Of a stretch of DNA of 64,000 bases, positions 1 to 7,190 are shown in pieces. Made by a program: the position numbers and the translations under genes. Within the stretch, counting starts at the first letter, position 1; each line of letters starts with the position of its first letter. This DNA comes from Nitrospirota bacterium (GTDB lineage Bacteria; Nitrospirota; Thermodesulfovibrionia; Thermodesulfovibrionales; UBA1546), in the NCBI GenBank assembly GCA_021824065.1, contig JAKALU010000003.1, positions 5,553 through 69,552 of the forward strand, read 5' to 3'. The notes under the pieces were generated by a model. That model did no database searches and was not told the origin of the DNA. It saw only the letters and a list, made by a program, of their open reading frames with translations.

Positions 1-269
1 AACGTAAAACTCGTGGACTCTTCTTCTCTAACCGACTTATAAAAATCACAAGCCTCACAAGTTCTATACTTCTGCGCAAATGTTCCTTGAACCTGTCCAT
101 TGCAAAGTGTGCCTGCAACAATCCAGCATGCCCTCCCTCCATTTTCTCCATTATGAATGTCATTAAGCCTTTTCTCAGTGGAAGCAGGACATATTCCAAG
201 GTCACGAACATGCTCTCCACCTTCATGTCTTCCACAACTTTTAAATTCCCAGCAATTTTTCTTTTTCAT
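1..269 (-). CDS. Small Cys-rich protein with CWE..C / CW..C 8-Cys module (two-CW-like); 3' end runs off the window
   Basis: Absent from the ORF track because no stop lies inside the window. Reverse-strand ATG at 267-269, with GGAGG at 276-280 six nt upstream. Translation is MKKKNCWEFKSCGRHEGGEHVRDLGICPAS..RACWIVAGTLCNGQ..TCEACDFYKSV and stays open to position 1. The Cys pattern matches the C-terminus of the MerR protein at 8668-9096. Confidence 0.7.
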   Translation of the reverse strand, partial: MKKKNCWEFKSCGRHEGGEHVRDLGICPASTEKRLNDIHNGENGGRACWIVAGTLCNGQVQGTFAQKYRTCEACDFYKSVREEESTSFT

Positions 270-341
270 AACCTACCTCCTTATTTACTTTGCTCAAAAA
301 ATCCCCTTTTACAAAAATGTCCAAAGGACATTGCTATGAAC

Positions 342-2555
342 CTATACATGACAGTCAGTGCAGTTCACCGTACCACCCCATTTTGCAGTGCCGTTATTAT
401 GGCAGCTTATATTGCTGCAGGTCCCTCCTGTCGCATCAAATGAATAGGTGAATGATACGCCTGCACCTGCATCCACATTATATGTTTTGTTGACATGATA
501 TTCTTTGCTCGTGATAGTTGTACCATCATTTGTTGTCGAATAATGGCAATCGTCACATGTGAATGTGAATCCACCATGTGCGCCAGAATGTGCTAAGTGG
601 CTATTTGCCTTTGGTGAGCCATTACTGTAATCAGGTGGATTCCCATGACAAGCACTGCATGTCAATGCCCCGGAACCCCAGTTCGGTGAGGTATTATTAG
701 GTATTGTACCTGTTGACACTGATGTGCCGTTGCTGTGGCAGTATGTATTAGAACAATAGCTGTATCCATTCCCCGGTGTAAATGCCTGGTTATAGGATGC
801 GCTGCTATTGAAAGCAGAATCAAACACTATATCTATCTGATAATTGGCATGTTTTTCGTACTCGGTAGTTAAAGAAAAATCATGACAGGAAACACAGGTT
901 AATGAAAATGAAGTATTCCATGCATGACAAATAACACATTTAAAGGCATCACTGGTTGTAGTAAATTTATACGCAAGATGTGCTGAATGGCTTCCTGTTG
1001 TTATAAGATTACCGTGTCCGCCGGCATGGCAGGCATTACAGTTGCTTATTGTAGTGCCCCATTGCGGGGTCGCATAAACAGATGGTCCGCCTACACCGCC
1101 ATCAGGCTGCACATTTGAATGGCAGTAGACATTGTTACAGGTTCCGTATGCTTGAGGTGTTGTTCCATTTGAAGGCATTGTTGTTCCAGAAGAAATGCTG
1201 TAAGTGCCTCCAGAAATCCTCGGGTCAGTGTTATCAAAATTCCAGTCCACATACCCACTTACATGTTTGCTCTTATCACCTATTGCATAGGTTGGTCCTG
1301 AGCCGCTGACTATATTTTTATGACACAGTGTGCATTTAAAATAATAATAATCTATTACTGCATGTTTGCCGTGAGTCCCTGAATCTGGAGGAGATGTATT
1401 CGATGCCTCATGGCATGAACCACACGAAGCAGTTCCAGTGTTGAATGTCAAAGAAACATTTTTACCGCTGCCCGGATAGTTACCATGACAGTAAATATCT
1501 GAACATGTTCCATCGCTATAATTAAGTGTATATCCCTTGCCAGGGTCATCTACTGAATTTGTGCCCGGCGTATATGTCGCTGAACCCGAAGCAGGATCCT
1601 GCGTTGCCACACCTGCAAAAATTACCTCAACTGTATGCGGATTGCCTGATGTATTTATATGAGTGCCATAGTGACATACACCACAGCTGAATCCGTATGC
1701 AGAGGCTGTGGATTGAATTGTCGTAGAACCATAAACAGCATTGCCTGTGCCAAAATGTGTTGCATGTTTGCCTGTTGTTGGAGGCGTGTTGTGGCATACA
1801 TCACAACTTCCTTTGAACCCTTGCGTATGTGTATGGCACATAGTACAATTCGTTGCTGCATTATGTGAAGCGCCTGTGCCATCATTCTTATGATAGGCAG
1901 TGTTTGTATGGCATACCTCGCATATGCCATCATAGGTACCGTCGCCATCTGCAAAGGAATTAGCCCCCTGATCCCTGAAAAACCTTACATCCCTTGAATT
2001 AATATAGTCTTTTACCAGCTTCCCATAGACTATTGCAAATGTATTGCCTGCCTTTACATAACTGGTATTTATTGTCCCCTGAACTGTTAGGGTATCAGAG
2101 TTGTTTGATAGAATCCTGTAGTTATAATTAGGCTGGGATGTATTGCCTATTACAAGCATCCCCTGCCAGTCATTATCTGTCCAGCCTGCGCCTGTCCTGG
2201 TTATTGTATTGCCTGTGACTGATGTAGAGGTATTTGAATAAAGATAGCTACTACTTCCCCATCTCCTGCTCTGCCTCTGGTAATGCGGGTTATGGCATTC
2301 CCTGCACTCACGGCTCCAGTCTGCAACTCCATATATAACAAAGTTTGAGTGTGTCCTTTTGAAGCCGCTGTCAGTATGGCATGCCCAGCACAACCTGTTA
2401 AATGGGTATGCTGAGTCAGGGTTGCCAGGGTCAGTGCCCTGTGTATACCATGAAGGTGCACTGCCATATGTAAAATGACACGATGAGCATGAAACAGTAT
2501 TGCTTGTGTCATGCGGATTATCCGTAGTAGCATTAGCATTGCCTGTTAAGAGCAA
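342..2555 (-). CDS. Secreted multihaem c-type cytochrome with 19 haem-binding motifs (15 CxxCH + 4 Cx4CH), Geobacter-type CxxxxCH...CxxCH repeat architecture
   Basis: 737-aa ORF, Ser/Thr/Asn/Gly-rich. Motifs counted by eye: CSSCH, CWACH, CRECH, CEVCH, CTMCH, CDVCH, CGVCH, CSDIYCH, CGSCH, CTLCH, CNNVYCH, CNACH, CVICH, CVSCH, CSNTYCH, CSACH, CDDCH, CSNISCH, CTDCH. The in-frame upstream extension to 2597 encodes a signal peptide (see findings). Confidence 0.9.
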   Translation of the reverse strand: MLLTGNANATTDNPHDTSNTVSCSSCHFTYGSAPSWYTQGTDPGNPDSAYPFNRLCWACHTDSGFKRTHSNFVIYGVADWSRECRECHNPHYQRQSRRWGSSSYLYSNTSTSVTGNTITRTGAGWTDNDWQGMLVIGNTSQPNYNYRILSNNSDTLTVQGTINTSYVKAGNTFAIVYGKLVKDYINSRDVRFFRDQGANSFADGDGTYDGICEVCHTNTAYHKNDGTGASHNAATNCTMCHTHTQGFKGSCDVCHNTPPTTGKHATHFGTGNAVYGSTTIQSTASAYGFSCGVCHYGTHINTSGNPHTVEVIFAGVATQDPASGSATYTPGTNSVDDPGKGYTLNYSDGTCSDIYCHGNYPGSGKNVSLTFNTGTASCGSCHEASNTSPPDSGTHGKHAVIDYYYFKCTLCHKNIVSGSGPTYAIGDKSKHVSGYVDWNFDNTDPRISGGTYSISSGTTMPSNGTTPQAYGTCNNVYCHSNVQPDGGVGGPSVYATPQWGTTISNCNACHAGGHGNLITTGSHSAHLAYKFTTTSDAFKCVICHAWNTSFSLTCVSCHDFSLTTEYEKHANYQIDIVFDSAFNSSASYNQAFTPGNGYSYCSNTYCHSNGTSVSTGTIPNNTSPNWGSGALTCSACHGNPPDYSNGSPKANSHLAHSGAHGGFTFTCDDCHYSTTNDGTTITSKEYHVNKTYNVDAGAGVSFTYSFDATGGTCSNISCHNNGTAKWGGTVNCTDCHV

Positions 2556-2657
2556 AAGACAGATGATAAATGATAGAAAAATAATGCTGTTTCTTATTTT
2601 GCACCTCTTGAAATTTAGAAAGACTTTATAGGTTTATTTTTTTATAGATAAAGGAAG

Positions 2658-2713
2658 AATTCAATGGAATTTTAATTCACTAAATTGGCTGATTTTGTGA
2701 ATTAAACTTCACA
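2658..2713 (-). promoter_or_regulatory. Duplicated promoter cassette, copy 1: TGTGA-N8-TCACA palindrome (2696-2713) plus -10 TAAAAT (2669-2674, minus strand)
   Basis: About 56 bp, nearly identical to 3995-4050. Sits at the same distance (about 60-115 nt) upstream of the cytochrome start. Exactly 21 nt separate the palindrome from the -10 in both copies. Confidence 0.6.
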
Positions 2714-2876
2714 ACCTCTCACATGGGTAGTAAATGGCGGATTCCTTATAAGTCATCCGGTCTTCATCAGGTTTGTGTATAGGAATTCTGTCTGGCTTGG
2801 CCCGTTCCTGTTCCTACATCCACTTCAAACTTGCTGTCAGTAGCCTTTATAGTTGTGTATGATCTCGATCCATTTT

Positions 2877-3932
2877 TTAATCAAAATGCGTTGCAGTTTG
2901 AGACAAAAGATAGGTTCTTAGATTGGTTTTTTTACTATAGATACCAAGCTTCTTTCTTATGGTTTGTCTGTGAGATTTGACCGTCTCTAAAGATATGTTT
3001 AACATTTCTGCTATCTCCTTGCCCTGTTTCCCCTCCTTTATTAGATTGGCTATCTGGATTTCTCTTGGGGTAAACCCTAAATGTTTAGAAGATAACGTAA
3101 GTGAAAACGGAGAAGTAATCTCATTCAAATTTGATTCAAGAATATCCCAGTAAGCAAAGGCTTCTGCTCCTGATCTGCTCTTCTTCAGTTTTTCTACGTA
3201 GGGCAGTATCAGGTTTTTAACATTTAACAACACCACATCTTCGACTGCTCTCTTTTCATCCTCCACCTGGCCCAATAAAACCTTCAGGGCAGTATTGCTT
3301 TCCATGAGTTCTCTGGACTGAACCCGAAGCTTTTTCTCCGATTCCAAGAGTGCATCTTCCGCGAGCTTACGTTCTACAACACCCGCAAGCGTGTCGGCAA
3401 TCGAAATCAGGAATCCCTCCTCTATTTGATTTCTGGAATGCCCTTCTCTGATGTAGATGTTAATCACCCCGCGCGTCCTGCCTGCATACGTGATCGGGAC
3501 GCAATAGTGACCATGAGGGGTAATACCTCCAAATATAATCTCATGGCGGGCATCTAAACAATCAGCAAACTGCACCTCCTGAGTTGATGCCGCCTTCCCG
3601 CATAGACATTTACCAAATGGAACCCTTGCACATTCTATTCCTAATGGCTCGGGGATCCCGTTCTGTACCTTCATTATCAGGACATCTGGGTCGTTTTCAA
3701 CAAGGAATATGCAACCTTTTGATTCAAAGGTAAGCCACGAGATCGAAAGAATAAGGTCGAGTGCATATTTCAGGATTTTTTCGAGTGAATTATTTTCCAG
3801 AGAAAAGCGCAGGAGCGTATTTACCACGTTCTGGATATCGTAGTACCGCTGGATTTCTTCCAGTTCCAACTTGTGCTGGGTTACTGATTTTTCAAATCCG
3901 ATAATCTGCTGAGACATTTCTATATAATTCAT
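2877..3932 (-). CDS. GAF-domain / LuxR-type HTH transcriptional regulator
   Basis: 351 aa. The central GAF-like region contains GKCLCGKAAST. The C-terminal segment TPREIQIANLIKEGKQGKEIAEMLNISLETVKSHRQTIRKKLG is a classic LuxR/FixJ-type HTH. Confidence 0.85.
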   Translation of the reverse strand: MNYIEMSQQIIGFEKSVTQHKLELEEIQRYYDIQNVVNTLLRFSLENNSLEKILKYALDLILSISWLTFESKGCIFLVENDPDVLIMKVQNGIPEPLGIECARVPFGKCLCGKAASTQEVQFADCLDARHEIIFGGITPHGHYCVPITYAGRTRGVINIYIREGHSRNQIEEGFLISIADTLAGVVERKLAEDALLESEKKLRVQSRELMESNTALKVLLGQVEDEKRAVEDVVLLNVKNLILPYVEKLKKSRSGAEAFAYWDILESNLNEITSPFSLTLSSKHLGFTPREIQIANLIKEGKQGKEIAEMLNISLETVKSHRQTIRKKLGIYSKKTNLRTYLLSQTATHFD

Positions 3933-3994
3933 TTATGAGCCTTTTGTCTTTCCTTTATTATTTTTACAAGGAATAATAGGGAAACAATAAGAAT

Positions 3995-4050
3995 AATTCA
4001 ATGGAATTTTAGTTTACTTAATTAGTTAATCTTGTGAATTAAACTTCACA
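3995..4050 (-). promoter_or_regulatory. Duplicated promoter cassette, copy 2: TGTGA-N8-TCACA palindrome (4033-4050) plus -10 TAAAAT (4006-4011, minus strand)
   Basis: Same sequence and geometry as 2658-2713, located upstream of the GAF-LuxR gene. Confidence 0.6.
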
Positions 4051-4226
4051 GGATAGGCATTAATCAAGACAGGCCCCGCCCTTTTTAGCATCTACTGCGA
4101 TCCCAATTGCTACAAAGGCTGAGAGCATGTCAGTCAAATATTTTACAAGGTGATGTAAAATATCCTGTATTAACTCATTTAATAGAAGGTTAAACTATAA
4201 CAACCGGAGGAGAGGAGGGTAAATCT

Positions 4227-4424
4227 ATGGTCAGGATGATCACGCAGATACTGCTCGGATTAATGCTCCTGTTCGGGACAGCAACCATAACCCCTAAGGC
4301 CATTGCCTATTTAAGATTAAAACATACAGGGAGAGGCATTCTATATATATTCCTCAGCCTTATATGTGCTTTATTCTCTATTCTGGCTTTCCACTATGCG
4401 TATATGATACTTAAAGAACTATAA
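4227..4424 (+). CDS. Small two-helix membrane protein, hypothetical
   Basis: 65-aa ORF. A GGAGGAGAGGAGGG purine tract lies just upstream of the ATG. Two hydrophobic stretches are present. Confidence 0.45.
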   Translation: MVRMITQILLGLMLLFGTATITPKAIAYLRLKHTGRGILYIFLSLICALFSILAFHYAYMILKEL

Positions 4425-4449
4425 TCACCTGATTCAAAGGCGAGAACAA

Positions 4450-4740
4450 TCATTCAAAACAGTCCATGTTGCGCTGCTTGTTTATTTCAATATGCTTCTT
4501 CTCACACCAGACATATCCTAATTGAGGAGACTCTCCTGTCGGCTTTGTGATTCTTGCTCTTTTGCACTCAAAACAGTGCCCTGTCTTTCTGCTTTTTATT
4601 GGGGTGAAGCAGGGCATCTGCCGGTTCCTTGCCATCTGGATGCTGCGATGGTCACACCACACTGTCCCTGGCGAAGGACTCTGTCCTCCTGGCTTTGTGT
4701 CATGTCCATATTTACAGTCCTTGCAAGAGTTGTCCAACAC
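4450..4740 (-). CDS. Cys-rich protein made of two tandem CxxC...WC...CF modules, hypothetical
   Basis: 96 aa. CKDCKYGHDTKPGGQSPSPGTVWCDHRSIQMARNRQMPCF aligns with CFECKRARITKPTGESPQLGYVWCEKKHIEINKQRNMDCF. Confidence 0.5.
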   Translation of the reverse strand: MLDNSCKDCKYGHDTKPGGQSPSPGTVWCDHRSIQMARNRQMPCFTPIKSRKTGHCFECKRARITKPTGESPQLGYVWCEKKHIEINKQRNMDCFE

Positions 4741-4977
4741 TTTTAACCGTATCCCTTATAGATTAAACCCCTAAGTCTTTAACGGTTCTTATCATCCTGA
4801 GGTTATCAAACCTGCTTCTTTTTTTCAAATCTTAGATTGTTTCTTAAGAGTGACTTATCCCGGGGTTGTCCAGACATTAAAATGTCCACGGTATATTGAT
4901 TGATAGAAGAAAAAATATATCAGGCCTTTGTGAATTGTGCCTAAAATTAGTCTTCTGTGAATAAAACAAAGGGGGGA

Positions 4978-5063
4978 TGGTGCCGAAGGCGGGATTTGAA
5001 CCCGCACGGGTTACCCCACACGCCCCTCAAACGTGCGTGTCTACCAGGTTCCACCACTTCGGC
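4978..5063 (-). tRNA. tRNA-Leu (anticodon GAG), CCA encoded
   Basis: Folded by hand as an 86-nt cloverleaf. Acceptor stem GCCGAAG/CTTCGGC. T-arm GCGGG-TTCAAAT-CCCGC. Anticodon stem CACGT/GCGTG with loop TTGAGGG. Long variable arm TGGGGTAACCCGT, typical of a class II tRNA. Confidence 0.9.
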
Positions 5064-5137
5064 ATTTAAATATACTATTATAAAAATTGTTTAGTTTTCA
5101 AGAGCAGGTATGCTATCTATATTTGTAAGGCAGGATT

Positions 5138-5527
5138 TCACACCTCAAATGCATCCTCAATATGCTCGATCTCTTTTTTGTCATTATTCATGTGAATGCT
5201 CATAACATCGAACCTGACAGCACAGTCCTTTTTATGTTTTTTAAGGTATAGAAGCGCCAGATTCTTAAGCTTATGTCGTTTTTTTGAGTTAACCGCCTCA
5301 AACGGATAGCCAAAGGAATCAGTCGTACGTGTTTTAACTTCAACAAATACGAGTGTTTCTCCATCTTTTGCAACAACATCAATTTCACCAATAGGTGTTT
5401 TGTAATTTCTTGAGATGATTTTATAGCCTTTGTCTTTCAGGAAATTTACAGCAAGGTCTTCACCCTCACTGCCAATGAGCTTCATCTGCTTCAAGTCTCC
5501 CGAGGAGCTTTGGAATGCCCTCCACAT
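5138..5527 (-). CDS. yraN: YraN family (UPF0102) endonuclease-like protein
   Basis: GEDLAVNFLKDKGYKIISRNYKTPIGEIDVVAKDGETLVFVEVKTRT is the family signature. The start may instead be the ATG at 5485 (MKLIG...). Confidence 0.8.
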   Translation of the reverse strand: MWRAFQSSSGDLKQMKLIGSEGEDLAVNFLKDKGYKIISRNYKTPIGEIDVVAKDGETLVFVEVKTRTTDSFGYPFEAVNSKKRHKLKNLALLYLKKHKKDCAVRFDVMSIHMNNDKKEIEHIEDAFEV

Positions 5528-5897
5528 CTTTTATATCTTTCTGGCAGAGGATCTTTATAATCTCCCTGAATGCTGAAAATTCCTCCCACTGCCCGTTTAA
5601 GAGCCGGCACAGAGCCTTATTAAGACTTTCTCCCTTATCATCCCAGTCGAGAAGTAGTATTACCTTTTGAAAGTTCTCTGATATCTCTTCGCAGAACTCA
5701 TAGATGCCCTGACCATTATGCACTGTGAGTATCTCACCAACAAGCCCGAGCTTTCTGAGTGCAGCAGCATCTCTCTTGCCCTCAACTATAACAGGGATAT
5801 CCTTGTTTATTTCTTGCAGGGCATCAAAGACCTCCCTCAGTTTTAATGCCCTGTCTGTATTATTGGATAATTGACCGTTTCTCTGAGTATATATCAT
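5466..5897 (-). CDS. Small Toprim-domain protein
   Basis: The track ORF 5466-6176 is trimmed to the internal ATG at 5895-5897, because its N-terminal 93 aa run antisense into gmhA. IPVIVEGKRDAAALRKLG...LLLDWDDKGESL matches Toprim E...DxD. Confidence 0.65.
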   Translation of the reverse strand: MIYTQRNGQLSNNTDRALKLREVFDALQEINKDIPVIVEGKRDAAALRKLGLVGEILTVHNGQGIYEFCEEISENFQKVILLLDWDDKGESLNKALCRLLNGQWEEFSAFREIIKILCQKDIKDVEGIPKLLGRLEADEAHWQ

Positions 5898-6015
5898 CGT
5901 TGACACCTTTTTATATATTTTAACCCGGTGAAGATAAAAAAACCATAAATTTAATTGACATATAAAGTCTGTTTGGATTACTCTACTTATCAGAAATTGT
6001 GAGGCAAAAAGGGGT

Positions 6016-6600
6016 ATGAAGGACAAGATATTAAAGGCATTCGAAGAAAGCATAAGCGTCAAAGAGAAGTTTGTAAAAGACAACATTGATGCCATAGTTG
6101 AAGTCTCAAAGGTCATAGCAGATACATTTAATGACGAAAAGAAACTTATCCTTTTTGGCAATGGCGGAAGTGCCACAGATGCTTCTCATATAGCTGCTGA
6201 ATTTGTTAACAGGTTCAAAAAAGAGCGCCCGAGCCTCCCTGCGATTGCACTTAACACCGACATGGCAATCATTACAGCAATTGCTAATGATTATGACTAT
6301 TCAGAAGTCTTTGCAAAACAGCTTAAGGCTCTCGGAAAAGAAGGCGACATTGTCCTTGCAATCAGCACGAGTGGAAGTTCTGCTAATGTGCTGAAGGCAA
6401 TGGACGTAGCAAAGAAAAAGAAGATAAAGACAATTGCGTTCACAGGGGCCAAAGGCGAAAAGTTCGCATCGAAAGCTACATATGCATTCATTGTCCCGTC
6501 TGACAACACACCAAGAATTCAGGAGACCCACATAACGCTTGGCCACGTCCTCTGCCAGATGGTGGAGGAGATACTATTTGAGGCACCAAGAAAAAGATAG
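6016..6600 (+). CDS. gmhA: SIS-domain phosphoheptose isomerase (GmhA/DiaA family)
   Basis: 194 aa. Contains FGNGGSATDASHIAAEF and ISTSGSSANV motifs. Confidence 0.8.
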   Translation: MKDKILKAFEESISVKEKFVKDNIDAIVEVSKVIADTFNDEKKLILFGNGGSATDASHIAAEFVNRFKKERPSLPAIALNTDMAIITAIANDYDYSEVFAKQLKALGKEGDIVLAISTSGSSANVLKAMDVAKKKKIKTIAFTGAKGEKFASKATYAFIVPSDNTPRIQETHITLGHVLCQMVEEILFEAPRKR

Positions 6601-7186
6601 ATCGAAAATTATACTCGGCATTGACCCGGGAAGTATCGCCTGTGGCTTTGGAGTTATTAGCGCTGAAATACCAAAGAGCGGTCTCCTTGGCGACTCGCCC
6701 CCGCACACAGACGGGTTCGCTGAGAAGAATGAGGCGAGAAGAGCGGAAGGTCTCAAAGCCAGGACTTGTGCACTAAATCCTGCCTATATCGCTTCAGGGA
6801 GAATTGTGTTGTCTTCCCGTCGCCCACTGAATACAAGGTTGAAGGAACTTTATGACGCCTTAACAGATATCATAAAAGAATATTCTCCTGATGAGGTTGC
6901 CGTTGAAAAGATTTTCTTTGCAAAGAGTGTTAAGGCAGCTTTAACCCTTGGACAGGCAAGGGGTGCGGTACTGCTTGCAGCAGCGTCATGCGGGCTCCCT
7001 GTTTATGAGTACAGCGCTCTCTCTGTGAAGAAGGCAATTGTAGGCTATGGCAGGGCAGAGAAACATCAGGTCCAGGGAATGGTTTCAAAAATGTTGAATT
7101 TAAAATCCAAATTATCAAAGGACAGTGCCGATGCGCTTGCCATTGCACTCTGCCATACAAATACGCTAAGACTCGGTAAATTATAA
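6539..7186 (+). CDS. ruvC: Crossover junction endodeoxyribonuclease RuvC (start uncertain; carries an insertion of about 40 aa)
   Basis: ILGIDPGS...GFGVI and the C-terminal DSADALAIALCH are RuvC signatures. The conserved N-terminus begins near 6608, where only ATT or ATA codons are available. The TTG at 6539 would overlap gmhA by 62 nt. Confidence 0.85.
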   Translation: MATSSARWWRRYYLRHQEKDRSKIILGIDPGSIACGFGVISAEIPKSGLLGDSPPHTDGFAEKNEARRAEGLKARTCALNPAYIASGRIVLSSRRPLNTRLKELYDALTDIIKEYSPDEVAVEKIFFAKSVKAALTLGQARGAVLLAAASCGLPVYEYSALSVKKAIVGYGRAEKHQVQGMVSKMLNLKSKLSKDSADALAIALCHTNTLRLGKL

Positions 7187-7190
7187 ATCT

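Noticed and set aside
87-443. Track ORFs 87-443 (+) and 157-339 (+) as possible genes
   Set aside because: They lie antisense to two well-supported minus-strand genes, the Cys-rich ORF at 1-269 with its GGAGG RBS and the end of the cytochrome gene. They have no RBS and a low-complexity composition, so they are shadow ORFs.
4741-5137. Integrated mobile element next to tRNA-Leu
   Set aside because: No integrase gene lies nearby, there is no repeat of the tRNA 3' end, and the flanking genes are ordinary (yraN, a Cys-rich ORF).
5898-6176. N-terminal 93 codons of track ORF 5466-6176 as part of the Toprim protein
   Set aside because: That part runs antisense through the gmhA 5' region and is hydrophobic nonsense. 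The Toprim homology begins only after the internal ATG at 5897.
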